From the IMG/VR virus record IMGVR_UViG_3300021142_000017: a stretch of 64,000 nucleotides of DNA; one strand, written 5' to 3'. Under the pieces are notes generated by a model, which was given only the letters and a program-made list of their open reading frames with translations, had not been told where the DNA came from and ran no database searches. Shown here piece by piece: positions 30,074 through 38,879 of this stretch. Within the stretch, counting starts at the first letter, position 1. The number at the start of each line of letters is the position of its first letter. Origin of the DNA: an uncultured virus (IMG/VR IMGVR_UViG_3300021142_000017) (taxonomy: Duplodnaviria; Heunggongvirae; Uroviricota; Caudoviricetes). The translations under genes were made by a program, and so were the position numbers.

Positions 30074-30274
30074 TTAGTGCAGTAGGTTGAACTCGCCTTC
30101 AGGGTCATAGACTTCTACAGCTTTTTGAACTAAATCAGAGCCAGCTTTACGGGCATGGTGACCACAGAATAAGAGTTCACCATTAAGGAATGTAGCGATT
30201 ATTTTAGCGGCAGCGCCACAAGAGTCACAACGGTCTTGCAGAGTCAGCTCACGACGAGCAACTGTAACGGACAC
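30074..30274 (-). CDS. Small Zn-binding protein of actinobacterial type
   Basis: LT..DRCDSCGA.A...ELLFCGHH; AAGGAG RBS. Confidence 0.75.
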   Translation of the reverse strand: MSVTVARRELTLQDRCDSCGAAAKIIATFLNGELLFCGHHARKAGSDLVQKAVEVYDPEGEFNLLH

Positions 30275-30283
30275 GTTATCTCC

Positions 30284-30448
30284 TTAGAAAGGTGGCTTTG
30301 TGTGTTCTGGAATAAAAGGCTTTGGTTCAGCTACGCTTTTCATTAACTTCTCATGCTCAGCTTCAGCATGCTTATCAAACTCTGCCCAATCTTCATTGGT
30401 CATTGTTGTAAACTGGTCTGGAAAACCTTGGTCACCATTATGTTTCAT
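30284..30448 (-). CDS. Small hypothetical protein (54 aa)
   Basis: MKHNGDQGFPDQFTTMTNEDWAEF...; ATGA overlap. Confidence 0.5.
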   Translation of the reverse strand: MKHNGDQGFPDQFTTMTNEDWAEFDKHAEAEHEKLMKSVAEPKPFIPEHTKPPF

Positions 30449-30708
30449 GCGACTCCACTACCTCCTGCGCCAGTTGCCGCTGCACCTGCTGCAGCACCAC
30501 TACCAGAATTCATACTAGCACCTTCTGCAGCTTCTTGAGCTGGAGACTCCATAGCTTCTGCAGAAGGGGATTCACTATTTTCATAATTTTGCATTTGAGG
30601 TGCAATACTTTGAGGAATAGCAATTCCTGAGCCAGTAATTGTCATATATGAAGAACTTAGTGGCATAGAGCGACTAAACTCATTCCAAAAATGTTTTTTA
30701 CGTTTCAC
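30445..30708 (-). CDS. Hypothetical low-complexity protein
   Basis: GTGA overlap; ESP.AE repeats. Confidence 0.55.
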   Translation of the reverse strand: MKRKKHFWNEFSRSMPLSSSYMTITGSGIAIPQSIAPQMQNYENSESPSAEAMESPAQEAAEGASMNSGSGAAAGAAATGAGGSGVA

Positions 30709-30833
30709 TTGTCGTCAAGAATCTCTTTTAGGTTAGGTACGCCTGTTTTTGTAGGTTTAGGCTTTTTATTTGAATTTAAAATGTCTACAAGTGTTGGAAT
30801 AGCTTTAGGAAATTGCTCTTCGTCTTTGTTCAT
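30705..30833 (-). CDS. Small hypothetical protein (42 aa)
   Basis: MNKDEEQFPKAIPTLVDIL...; 4-nt overlaps at both ends. Confidence 0.5.
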   Translation of the reverse strand: MNKDEEQFPKAIPTLVDILNSNKKPKPTKTGVPNLKEILDDK

Positions 30834-31120
30834 TTTTCATTCTCCTTTTTACCAGCGCGTCGCTTGTTTTCTTTTGCGGTATTCTTACCATGCTTCAATG
30901 CCCTTAGGTTACCCTTTGAGTCATTGCTGTGGTTGTTGTCCTTATGGTCAACATCAACACTACGAGGAAGTTTACCGTTCTTGCCTTCATAGTCTGCACG
31001 TGCTTTATTTTTAGAGGTTGTGACCCACTTACCAGCTACTTTTTTCTTGTAGACATAGATAGGACGGCCACCATTAGCCTCTGACCCTTTATATGGGCCA
31101 AAGCGTTTACTTTCCGCCAT
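30830..31120 (-). CDS. HNH-motif protein
   Basis: DVDHKDNNHSND...NLR...H.KN. Confidence 0.7.
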   Translation of the reverse strand: MAESKRFGPYKGSEANGGRPIYVYKKKVAGKWVTTSKNKARADYEGKNGKLPRSVDVDHKDNNHSNDSKGNLRALKHGKNTAKENKRRAGKKENEK

Positions 31121-31563
31121 TACTTGCCCTTCTTCTTTGAGGCAGCCAACTCTGCATAGTTGCCATTTGTTTCTAAATATGCAATGGCATCTTTAAGTAT
31201 ATCTGGGCTATCCCCAGCCATGCCCAATAAAGTATTACACTCTAAACATAAAATACCTCTAAACTCGCCCGTATCATGGTTATGGTCGATAGCATACCCG
31301 CGGCGTCTACTTTCATATGTAAACAGGTCTGGTAACGCATCCTTGCATATAGCGCAGCTACCCTCTTGCTTATCCCAAGTTTCTAAGAACTGTTCTGGGC
31401 TAATTCCGTATTTATACTTTAAATGCTGCTCTAAACGCTTTTGAGGCGTCCTGCTCCCCCAATAGGTTTTTTGCTTCCACTTCATGCACTCAATGCAAGA
31501 TGACTGGTTTTTCCAGTATTCATCCAAAGCCTTATCTACTTTGCAATTAGGGCAAGTCTTCAT
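31120..31563 (-). CDS. Endonuclease VII-like nuclease
   Basis: KYGIS...Q...CAIC...IDHNH.TG..RGILC..CN..LG. Confidence 0.85.
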   Translation of the reverse strand: MKTCPNCKVDKALDEYWKNQSSCIECMKWKQKTYWGSRTPQKRLEQHLKYKYGISPEQFLETWDKQEGSCAICKDALPDLFTYESRRRGYAIDHNHDTGEFRGILCLECNTLLGMAGDSPDILKDAIAYLETNGNYAELAASKKKGK

Positions 31564-31715
31564 TTCTTTTTCCTAGATACCGCTATATTATCGACAGCGT
31601 TTGGGTATGGACGACCAGCAGCTTTGGCACGTGCTTTAGCAGCAGACTTCTTTGCTGGAGTTAACTTCTTTGATTTCTTTTTAGGGTCTGGCGTATCCCA
31701 TACTTCTTTAGCCAT
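31560..31715 (-). CDS. Small basic phage protein (51 aa)
   Basis: MAKEVWDTPDPKKKSKKLTPAKKSAAKARAKAAGRPYPNAVDN...; coupled at both ends. Confidence 0.65.
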   Translation of the reverse strand: MAKEVWDTPDPKKKSKKLTPAKKSAAKARAKAAGRPYPNAVDNIAVSRKKK

Positions 31716-31969
31716 TAGCAATCCCACTTTCTTAATGCAAGAGCCTTACGAGTAGGATTTCCGTTATCCCCAATCATAGGGCCTGGCATGCCTCCCATGC
31801 GGGCGCAAAACGATTTACGACGTGAAGCAGCTTTAGGGGACTTTCTAGCCTCTCTAGAAGACACTGGAGGCTTTAAATGATGCCCTTCACGAGCAGCAGA
31901 TGCACGACCCTTAGCGTTTAATCCGCCTTCAGGGTTCTTGCCTTCTTTTCTTGTCCAAGCAGCTGACAT
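31715..31969 (-). CDS. Conserved basic phage protein (DUF6321-like)
   Basis: GGLNAKGRAS...RRKSFCARM...ALRKWDC. Confidence 0.75.
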   Translation of the reverse strand: MSAAWTRKEGKNPEGGLNAKGRASAAREGHHLKPPVSSREARKSPKAASRRKSFCARMGGMPGPMIGDNGNPTRKALALRKWDC

Positions 31970-32206
31970 TTATTTCTTCTTTCCGTGTCCAGGGTGTTTA
32001 TCATGCCAATTACGAACATCTCTTGCGCCTTCTTCTACAGACTTAGCTCCAGCTTTTTTAGTTAAATCAATTTTATCCCACTTAGGGTCATTTTTACCAG
32101 CATGGTCAACAATGATATCTTCACCCTTTTCATAAACGGTGTGCATTGTTCCGCCAGCTACAACTTTAGCTACGCGCTTAGAATCGTACGCTCTATCTTT
32201 AGCCAT
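31970..32206 (-). CDS. Small basic protein
   Basis: AAGGAG RBS; MAKDRAYDSKR N-terminus. Confidence 0.65.
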   Translation of the reverse strand: MAKDRAYDSKRVAKVVAGGTMHTVYEKGEDIIVDHAGKNDPKWDKIDLTKKAGAKSVEEGARDVRNWHDKHPGHGKKK

Positions 32207-32425
32207 TTATACTCCTTGTATATTTCCGCCTACTAATGTACCCATGTTTATTGGAGTATTTATAGTAGGAGTGTTTTCTCTTGTATTTGAAGGTGCAGAC
32301 ATCCCTTGTTCCATCTCTGTGGTTCTAGGGGTTTTATCTATAGATAAAGGGGTTGTTGGGGTGGCGCCCTCTTTATCTTTAACAGCAGAAGTTACCGCAG
32401 ATACTATTGTTGATTTAATTCCCAT
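32207..32425 (-). CDS. Hypothetical protein
   Basis: Coupled ORF, Thr/Pro-rich. Confidence 0.55.
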   Translation of the reverse strand: MGIKSTIVSAVTSAVKDKEGATPTTPLSIDKTPRTTEMEQGMSAPSNTRENTPTINTPINMGTLVGGNIQGV

Positions 32426-32682
32426 TAGTATTCCTTATTCATAGAACGAAGTGAACGATTAAGAATGTCAGATGCGCGCTCAGATACGTTATAACGTCCA
32501 TATGTTGGGCGCACACCGCTAAATTGCCCATTATTAATTTGACGAATGTTCTCTGCTTTAACATCCATAACTTGACTGCGCTTTTGCTTTAAAGGTGTTC
32601 GTGTATTCCTTTGGTTGCCATGAAGAAACTCACCAAGTGCACGCTTACCTCTGTCACGACCTAGAGCTGGGTCATTAATCAT
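32425..32682 (-). CDS. Arg-rich hypothetical protein
   Basis: Start at MINDPALGRD preferred (AAGGG RBS, short overlap). Confidence 0.55.
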   Translation of the reverse strand: MINDPALGRDRGKRALGEFLHGNQRNTRTPLKQKRSQVMDVKAENIRQINNGQFSGVRPTYGRYNVSERASDILNRSLRSMNKEY

Positions 32683-32962
32683 TTTTACCCTTTGATGTGC
32701 GGTCAATGATTGCTTGAAGTCTATTTTTAAAATCTTCTTTCTTTTTAGCAGCCATGTCATCTTTAATTATGGAACTCATATGTTTTTCTTCAGTTGCTGA
32801 TATAGGGGTCTTATCAACCTTAATAGGCTTTACTTGACCAGTAATGTTTTTAACAGCGCGTGTAGCCGCTAAGTCAATGACATTATCAAATTGACCTTCT
32901 GTGCGCTTGCCTAGACCGCGCCAAGCAGGGTGTGTAGGTCCTGGTGTTCCCATATCGTCCAT
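32675..32962 (-). CDS. Hypothetical protein
   Basis: GAGAAT-6 nt-ATG leaderless start. Confidence 0.6.
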   Translation of the reverse strand: MDDMGTPGPTHPAWRGLGKRTEGQFDNVIDLAATRAVKNITGQVKPIKVDKTPISATEEKHMSSIIKDDMAAKKKEDFKNRLQAIIDRTSKGKND

Positions 32963-32976
32963 ATGCTTATTCTCTC

Positions 32977-33204
32977 TTACTTACCGTTCATAAAAAGCAT
33001 ATATTCATCATATGCCCTTATAAGCATTGTATTTAGCTTTTCTTTAGAGTTCTTATGCTTTTCATCAAAATGCTTATGCCACTGTTGCGCGCTAAACGTT
33101 GGAAGGGCACATCCATTATTAACATCATCCCAGCACACTTTAGCAAAACGGCTATTAGCGTCTTGATAATCCATCTGCTCCCAGAGCCAGGAAACGAAGT
33201 GCAT
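32977..33204 (-). CDS. YozE/SAM-like small protein
   Basis: F..WL.EQ...FAK..WDD...AYDEY pattern; leaderless start. Confidence 0.55.
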   Translation of the reverse strand: MHFVSWLWEQMDYQDANSRFAKVCWDDVNNGCALPTFSAQQWHKHFDEKHKNSKEKLNTMLIRAYDEYMLFMNGK

Positions 33205-33314
33205 GGCGGAAGTATGGCATTGAGATACGCCTTTTTAAATGCGAAACCCTCGCTCAACAGGGTGGGCTGGAACGAGGGCTTCAGACAAGGTAGCGATACT
33301 TTGTCGGGATTAGT

Positions 33315-33770
33315 TTACTTTATTTTTATCTTTTTAGGTTGTAATTCATCTGGTAGCTCGCGCTTGAGTTTGATAGTTAGGATTCCATCTTCCATTTCTG
33401 CCGATGTAACCTCTACAAACTCTGCCAGAGGGAATGTTTGAGTAAAGTTGCGAGTTGCGATTCCTTTATGGAAGTAGGCATCAGCATTCTCTGCCTCTCT
33501 ACTTCCAGTGATAGTCAGAACCCCATTAGCAAGGGATACATCAATATCTGACTTTTTAAACCCAGCAACAGCAAAACGAAGTTCATACTCATCCTCATCT
33601 GTTGATAATAGGTCGTATGGTGGATATTTAGCTTCGGTTGCGCCCAATAACTCTTCAAAGAACTTAAATTGGTTTTGGAAGCCCACTCCTCGGTTTAGCA
33701 AAGTTGAGGCAATGTTGCTTTTAGTCATAGATGAGAATGTATCTGGTTGAAAGGACGTGCTTATATTCAT
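33315..33770 (-). CDS. Small heat-shock protein (Hsp20/IbpA family)
   Basis: YPPYD, AVAGF, HKGIATRNF..F.L, A.MEDGILTI.L and PKKIKI motifs. Confidence 0.92.
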   Translation of the reverse strand: MNISTSFQPDTFSSMTKSNIASTLLNRGVGFQNQFKFFEELLGATEAKYPPYDLLSTDEDEYELRFAVAGFKKSDIDVSLANGVLTITGSREAENADAYFHKGIATRNFTQTFPLAEFVEVTSAEMEDGILTIKLKRELPDELQPKKIKIK

Positions 33771-33887
33771 AATATATCTCCTTAGACGATATAAGTTAAT
33801 TGAGACCCGTTCGGCGTCTCTAGATAATTATAACAAAGGATTGTTGACTTTTATTCCGCTTTTCCGAAAACGCGCCTATGAATACAC

Positions 33888-34091
33888 CTATTTACGCCAG
33901 TTGCGGTAATTATGAATGTATACAACGCCGTAACCTAAAGAGGCTAAATAAAACCCGTACTGTTTAGTTGAGGTTGCGTATATGACCCAGAGAACTTCGT
34001 TAAATAATAAAAGTAGCCAGGACCAGACGTTCTTCTTACCTACAAAGAATATTCCCGTTGTTCCTATAACTGCTAGGACCCAAGACCACAT
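33888..34091 (-). CDS. Small membrane protein (PnuC-like fragment)
   Basis: Three hydrophobic segments, W-rich, ends NWRK. Confidence 0.6.
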   Translation of the reverse strand: MWSWVLAVIGTTGIFFVGKKNVWSWLLLLFNEVLWVIYATSTKQYGFYLASLGYGVVYIHNYRNWRK

Positions 34092-34204
34092 TACAAGCGC
34101 TTACAGAATTGGCAGTCGCAGCTTCCAGTTGTACATGGGCATTCCTCATCAGAAAGCATAAGACCTGTTCCATCACACCAGTAACATGCTGTTATCGTGG
34201 TCAT
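34091..34204 (-). CDS. Cys-rich mini-protein (37 aa)
   Basis: MTTITACYWCDGTGLMLSDEECPCTTGSCDCQFCKRL; ATGA and TAATG coupling. Confidence 0.5.
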   Translation of the reverse strand: MTTITACYWCDGTGLMLSDEECPCTTGSCDCQFCKRL

Positions 34205-34305
34205 TCTTCAAAGAACTCCTGATTCTCTTCAGACGTGCCACCACAGCTGATACAGACCCAGTCGTCTTCTTCAGCGTCAAATACGTAGTGGTGCTCGCAT
34301 GTCAT
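34201..34305 (-). CDS. Acidic Zn-ribbon mini-protein (34 aa)
   Basis: MTCEHHYVFDAEEDDWVCISCGG...; TAAACT-6 nt-ATG. Confidence 0.5.
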   Translation of the reverse strand: MTCEHHYVFDAEEDDWVCISCGGTSEENQEFFEE

Positions 34306-34317
34306 TACACAAGTTTA

Positions 34318-34836
34318 TCAGAAACCCCTGTTATAGCACTCCATTACTAGCTTTTCTGATGGTTTTCCTCTAGAAAAGTTAGCAGCCTCTTTTGGGGTGA
34401 AATTGTCTATTAATAGTTGGTGGACGCCTAGCATCTTCATACGCTTCTTAAGGATGGCGCCTTCCTTGTTCTCCTCGGCAATCATGCCCATATATAGGAT
34501 AGTGAATATGACCCTAGCCTCATTCTCGTCAGGATAGCCCAGAGAGAGGCGCTCAATGAGATGTAGGACTTCTTTATCAACCTGGGAGCCAGTGGCCTCA
34601 TAGAGCCGTACAAAGTCGTTATAGACCTTATCTTCTAAAGTGTCGGCCCAATCGCTGAGAATGCCAAAATACCACTCATCTGTTGGGAACTTAGGGTAGC
34701 CCCCACCTTCTACATAGATGCACCAGTCATCGAAGTTGCCCCTACCAAAGGAGAGTTTAGTCTTACCATAGGTAGCTACGTGGCGCTTATTCTTCTTGAC
34801 CTCAATATCTATCTTTGAAAGGGTCTCTTTGCGCAT
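34318..34836 (-). CDS. Conserved uncharacterised protein (DUF7004-like)
   Basis: GNFDDWC...P.D.WYF...YMGMIAEENK..AIL.KRMK.LGVHQ...AANFS; leaderless start. Confidence 0.65.
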   Translation of the reverse strand: MRKETLSKIDIEVKKNKRHVATYGKTKLSFGRGNFDDWCIYVEGGGYPKFPTDEWYFGILSDWADTLEDKVYNDFVRLYEATGSQVDKEVLHLIERLSLGYPDENEARVIFTILYMGMIAEENKEGAILKKRMKMLGVHQLLIDNFTPKEAANFSRGKPSEKLVMECYNRGF

Positions 34837-34929
34837 ACGCTGATACTACCACAGTACTGTCTTAATCTTTTTCCGAGGCAAAAATGGCGTACACCCCTCT
34901 GTAGGGCAAAGTCGCGCAAATGGGAAAGG

Positions 34930-35091
34930 CTAGAAGAAGTCATCTCCCAAGACAGACTCAATATACTTCTTACCCTTATCAGTGGCACGAAAACGAGCTT
35001 CTAGCTGTTCATTGTATTCAACCTCTATTAGACCCTTCTCCAATAGACTAATCAGGGCCTCGTCTAGCTCTCCCTCTAACCAGTTATCCAT
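34930..35091 (-). CDS. Small wHTH-like protein (53 aa)
   Basis: MDNWLEGELDEALISLLEKGLIEV...ATDKGK; GGAG RBS. Confidence 0.55.
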   Translation of the reverse strand: MDNWLEGELDEALISLLEKGLIEVEYNEQLEARFRATDKGKKYIESVLGDDFF

Positions 35092-35100
35092 AGCTATCTC

Positions 35101-35652
35101 CTATTCCCGCGATGAAGGTGTACCAGCAAATATATCTAAGGTGCTCATAGGATGTAGATGGGCTCTAGGTACGTACCAACCACCAAAGTCAGCCTTCCAC
35201 TCATCCCTCTTACATTCATGACCGTACATCCAACCTAAAGCTGTATAGGGGGCACCTTTCCACTCAGGGGCTACCCTTCTAGTCTTTCTACCTAACCCAC
35301 CAGCTAGAAGGACATATTTAAGAGATTCATCATCTCTTGAGGTCATTCTCAATCCGCGCACCTCATTGGAGTACTCAGGGAAGTTAGGAGGGAAGGCGTA
35401 TCGAACCTCACCAACCCCAGGCACATCTAGCTCTGTCTTCCACTTATTGACGTGGGGAACAAAGTCATTTAGGCCGAGCATCCTTGCAAAAGCTAGCTCA
35501 CTACCAGCGCAGATAATATGTTGCAGAGTCTCCCAGGCATCTCCCTCAGAGTAGTTTATATTAGCTTCAGGACGGCCTAGATACTCCCTCTGCCTCTCCC
35601 AACCCACTCTAGTGACAATAGCCTCTTCTTCTACAGTTAATGTGTAATCCAT
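35101..35652 (-). CDS. Phage protein, possible restriction-endonuclease-like fold
   Basis: SELAFAR...DV..VGEVR...LGWMYG; leaderless start. Confidence 0.6.
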   Translation of the reverse strand: MDYTLTVEEEAIVTRVGWERQREYLGRPEANINYSEGDAWETLQHIICAGSELAFARMLGLNDFVPHVNKWKTELDVPGVGEVRYAFPPNFPEYSNEVRGLRMTSRDDESLKYVLLAGGLGRKTRRVAPEWKGAPYTALGWMYGHECKRDEWKADFGGWYVPRAHLHPMSTLDIFAGTPSSRE

Positions 35653-35742
35653 TACCGCACCCTAGCACAGGGAGCTACTGTCTACAAGCGCGATGAAGGT
35701 GGACGAACAATAGCATAAAATAAATAGTGGTAGGCTACTGCC

Positions 35743-36780
35743 ATGGACAAGCTACCACCTACAGCAGATAAAAGATGTGGAACCTACTCTGGATATAAAG
35801 CTCATAGAGACCGAACTGAGCAGCTATGCCAACCCTGTAGAGATGCGATGAATGCCTATCGTAGAGAGAAATGGCATACAGACCCAAAGTACAAAAATTA
35901 CCATAAAAGGTATAGGAAAACCCATTCAGATAAGATTAAAGAACAACAGAAGAAATACAGGAAAAAATACACCCCTGAGGAAATAGCTGCTAAGGAAGCT
36001 GCTATTGCTATAAAAGCTGCTAACAGGGCTGCTATAGAAGAACGTAAAGCAAAAAGGGCAGAACAGGCTTTATTTAAGAAAAAAGCAAAAGAGGAGCGTA
36101 TAAAAGCTAGATTAGAGCGTATTGAAGCTAATAAGGCTAAAAAAGCTAAAAGGGCTAAAGAGCATAAAGATAATTTGGATAAATGGGCTTTGAAGAGGCT
36201 TAATAAAGAATTGGCTATAAAGCAAAGAATTGAGGAAAGAACACGTAAGCGCGATGAACGTAGGCAAAAGATTGAAGAGAATAGGCTACAGCGTAAAGAA
36301 GAACAAACCCGCTTAGCTAATCGACATGGTATTAAAATAAGTGATTATGACCGTTGTAGAAAAAATAATAAAACCGCCTGTGACCCCTGCAAAGCCGTAG
36401 CAGCCAAATATGTTCGTGAGAAGTTTAATTCAGACCCAAAATACAAAGAGGCTGAAAAACGATGGAGGAAAGCAAACCCGCATAAAAACAATACTAACAG
36501 CCGTGACCGTGCCCGTAAGAAGGGATTAAAGACTGAGTATTACACTCGCCAGCATATCTTTGACCGTGATGGATACAATTGCTATATATGCAATACTCCA
36601 GTAGACCTAACGGTACCGCATGTCCAGGGGCAACCTGGCTGGGAGATGTATCCTCACATTGAGCATGTAATCCCATTAGCCAAAGGTGGAGATGACACTT
36701 TAGAGAACGTAAAAATAGCTCACGCAATATGTAATATAAATAAGGGAACAAAGCTACTGTCTGAATCAATAACCCTTTAA
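35743..36780 (+). CDS. HNH endonuclease with two N-terminal Cys/His fingers and a long basic coiled coil
   Basis: CGTYSGY..H...C..C and HG...Y..C...C..C; IFDRDGYNCYIC...EHVIPLAKGG...N...H..CN..KG. Confidence 0.85.
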   Translation: MDKLPPTADKRCGTYSGYKAHRDRTEQLCQPCRDAMNAYRREKWHTDPKYKNYHKRYRKTHSDKIKEQQKKYRKKYTPEEIAAKEAAIAIKAANRAAIEERKAKRAEQALFKKKAKEERIKARLERIEANKAKKAKRAKEHKDNLDKWALKRLNKELAIKQRIEERTRKRDERRQKIEENRLQRKEEQTRLANRHGIKISDYDRCRKNNKTACDPCKAVAAKYVREKFNSDPKYKEAEKRWRKANPHKNNTNSRDRARKKGLKTEYYTRQHIFDRDGYNCYICNTPVDLTVPHVQGQPGWEMYPHIEHVIPLAKGGDDTLENVKIAHAICNINKGTKLLSESITL

Positions 36781-36863
36781 AAAATATTAAAGCATGTACC
36801 TTTAATAAAAGCCACTGCCAAAACCTCAAAAATCGTTACCTGGGAATCTAACCTGGTGCCTTC

Positions 36864-36877
36864 ATTTGTCGACAAAT
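36864..36877. repeat. Perfect 14-bp palindrome ATTTGTCGACAAAT
   Basis: Read directly; followed by a G7 run at 36889-36895. Confidence 0.8.
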
Positions 36878-36905
36878 CGTCTAACCGTGGGGGGGTAGAG
36901 GGAGG

Positions 36906-36974
36906 CTGGGAGTTTCCTGAGTGTTATAAATAGTGGTGTCGGTTCTTGCGTGTCTAGGTAGGTGGGCGTATGGT
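36906..36974 (+). promoter_or_regulatory. Early promoter cassette 1
   Basis: CTGGGA-N5-CTGAGT, GTTATAAA, TTGCGT-17-TATGGT; +1 hairpin ATAAGCGC/GCGCTTAT. Confidence 0.7.
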
Positions 36975-37015
36975 TCTCTCATAAGCGCAAGGGGCGCTTA
37001 TAGTTAGGGGTAACA

Positions 37016-37252
37016 ATGAAGGAACTACAGGAACTATACCTAAGCCTAGTTAATCAAGGCTATCTACCTACTACTGCGCTTGAAATAGTTAATCGCGTTA
37101 GTGGTATGAACTTTAGCCTATGTCAATACTGCTACCAATACGGGGCTACCGAGTATGAGTATGAAGGTAACGAGTGGGTAGTATGCGCGACTTGCGAGTC
37201 ACATCAAGCACTAATGGCAGAAGCGCAAGCAGACGCCTTACTAGGAAAGTAG
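37016..37252 (+). CDS. Early Zn-finger protein
   Basis: CQYC...CATC; AGGGG RBS. Confidence 0.65.
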   Translation: MKELQELYLSLVNQGYLPTTALEIVNRVSGMNFSLCQYCYQYGATEYEYEGNEWVVCATCESHQALMAEAQADALLGK

Positions 37253-37354
37253 GTGGGTCATGTCACTCAATCCATACGTGTCAGGACTACCTATAAGTAT
37301 CATGTTTCTAGGGGCAGTAGTCTCTCTATTCATAGTATTAACAGGAGGCAAGAA

Positions 37355-37573
37355 GTGAAAATTAAACACACAGTAGTACTTAACCTTGAAACAGACCTTA
37401 ATGAGGAAACTATGGGCGCGCAGGCGCGGTTCACTCTAATGAGTATGAGCGAGGAGGATAGGCGCAGAACTTGTGAAGAAGCCTTCTTAGGAATTATGGA
37501 GGACAAGGTGCTCAACTACCTTAATGAGGGTAATACATGGGCGCAACTGAAACTAATCAAGGAGGAGGTATGA
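37355..37573 (+). CDS. Early hypothetical protein
   Basis: GTG start (MKIKHTVV) after AGGAGG. Confidence 0.65.
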   Translation: MKIKHTVVLNLETDLNEETMGAQARFTLMSMSEEDRRRTCEEAFLGIMEDKVLNYLNEGNTWAQLKLIKEEV

Positions 37574-37824
37574 GCATTATTACTAAGGTAAGTGAGGATG
37601 TCTATACTGTAGGCACCTACACGATTACTAAGCAGGACGATAAGTGGCTCCTCACTAATAATAAATCTGATAGAAATGAGGCTCTCTATTTTGATAGGGA
37701 CCAAGCACTTAGAAATGCGCTTATTTTGTACACCTGCGGACAATTAGTAGGAGATGGCACCCGCGAGTTACTTAAGATGGTTGCTACAGAAATGCACCCT
37801 GAATGGGAGTTAGAAAAGGCTTAG
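37570..37824 (+). CDS. Early hypothetical protein
   Basis: MSIITKV start, GGAGG RBS, ATGA overlap. Confidence 0.65.
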   Translation: MSIITKVSEDVYTVGTYTITKQDDKWLLTNNKSDRNEALYFDRDQALRNALILYTCGQLVGDGTRELLKMVATEMHPEWELEKA

Positions 37825-37842
37825 TTACCCCTAAGGCGATAG

Positions 37843-37873
37843 GGCCCGCGTTGCTGACAGCGCGGGCTTTGTT
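37843..37873 (+). terminator. Intrinsic terminator
   Basis: GCCCGCG...CGCGGGC-TTTGTT. Confidence 0.75.
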
Positions 37874-37886
37874 GTGCGCGCAGATA

Positions 37887-37966
37887 GTTTGTGTTGGGGC
37901 TGGCTGGTGTGGTGTGGGTTGACTTTTGAATTTAGGCTTGAACAGCTAAAGCTGTTCAACACAAAC
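37887..37966. repeat. GTTTGTGTTG...CAACACAAAC inverted-repeat element 1
   Basis: 10-bp arms, 60-bp spacer, inner TTGAACAGC-TAAA-GCTGTTCAA. Confidence 0.85.
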
Positions 37967-37981
37967 ATTCCTGGGCGCTTC

Positions 37982-38065
37982 CTGAGAGTTAACTGAGCGT
38001 TATAAATGCTATTGACTAGAGATAGGAGATAGAGGGAGAATTACGTCATCGGTAAGACCACCGAT
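37982..38065 (+). promoter_or_regulatory. Early promoter cassette 2 with AGACC +1 hairpin
   Basis: CTGAGA-N5-CTGAGC, GTTATAAA, TTGACT-18-GAGAAT, ATCGG-TAAGACCA-CCGAT. Confidence 0.75.
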
Positions 38066-38080
38066 ACTAAGGGGCAATAA

Positions 38081-38437
38081 ATGGAACTAGCAGTAATTAT
38101 CACCACCGAGGGGGATAAGTCTATTGTCGAATTTGAAAAGGGCAATTCTTATAACCTATTAAGCGAGACCGTAGGTGGGCTCATTCAATGTGTACAACTC
38201 ACCGATAAATGGGGCGTGGACATGTGGCTCAATGATGAAGGCAAGTTAATCGGCTTACCACAAAATCCTATCGCAACCGCGCTATGGGATGACATGTACC
38301 CAGGCACGGATGTAATGATGGGGAACATTATCCTCACTCAGACCGATGATGAGGGCGAGACCATCGGACTAACCGATGAGCAAGTTAAGTTCTTTATGTC
38401 TTACACACGGAACCTAACCCTATTGGGGCACCTATGA
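38081..38437 (+). CDS. DUF3846-like early protein
   Basis: VGGLIQCV...MWLNDEGKL.GLP.N..AT...GNII. Confidence 0.8.
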   Translation: MELAVIITTEGDKSIVEFEKGNSYNLLSETVGGLIQCVQLTDKWGVDMWLNDEGKLIGLPQNPIATALWDDMYPGTDVMMGNIILTQTDDEGETIGLTDEQVKFFMSYTRNLTLLGHL

Positions 38438-38544
38438 TAAAAGTACCTACTAAGGCGCGCTGCGGGGAATGTGGGCGCGTATTCAACCTACTAAGTGAAG
38501 ATGAAGCGGGGGAGTTCTATTATGGACACGATTGTGAGCGCTGA
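38434..38544 (+). CDS. Mini Zn-finger protein (36 aa)
   Basis: MIKVPTKARCGECGRVFNLLSEDEAGEFYYGHDCER; ATGA overlap. Confidence 0.6.
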   Translation: MIKVPTKARCGECGRVFNLLSEDEAGEFYYGHDCER

Positions 38545-38674
38545 TGAGCAAGGCGCACGCATACAAGAAAATTATGCCGCGCTAATGGAAGATGCGGAAG
38601 AAAGCGGTATCCCAATATCACTAGAGGAATTCGAGGAGGTATTCGAGGACCGCGACCCGTTCGAGTTTATCTGA
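38534..38674 (+). CDS. Acidic mini-protein (46 aa)
   Basis: MSADEQGARIQENYAALMEDAEESGIPISLEEFEEVFEDRDPFEFI; ends just before the terminator. Confidence 0.5.
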   Translation: MSADEQGARIQENYAALMEDAEESGIPISLEEFEEVFEDRDPFEFI

Positions 38675-38692
38675 GCAACCCCGAAAGCGAGG

Positions 38693-38721
38693 ACCCCGTG
38701 CATGTGGAGCGCGGGGTTTTT
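38693..38721 (+). terminator. Intrinsic terminator
   Basis: ACCCCGTGC...GCGCGGGGT-TTTT. Confidence 0.7.
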
Positions 38722-38799
38722 GCCACGCATTGTTTGTGTTGGCTTGCCCTCCCTCCCTCCGCGCCTTCTTCCTAAAGGAGTATAAAGGAGGAGAGATTT

Positions 38800-38858
38800 C
38801 TGAGAGTTATTTGTATGTTATAAACCCTATTGTTGTTGTCAGTTAACGCGCTTATGAT
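38800..38858 (+). promoter_or_regulatory. Early promoter cassette 3
   Basis: CTGAGA-N5-TTGTAT, GTTATAAA, TTGTTG-17-TATGAT; lone GTTTGTGTTG at 38732-38741. Confidence 0.65.
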
Positions 38859-38879
38859 TGGCTCACTTAGGGGGTGATT

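Noticed and set aside
37252..37267. CRP-like site GGTGG-N6-TCACT
   Set aside because: Only 7 of 10 consensus positions and a single copy
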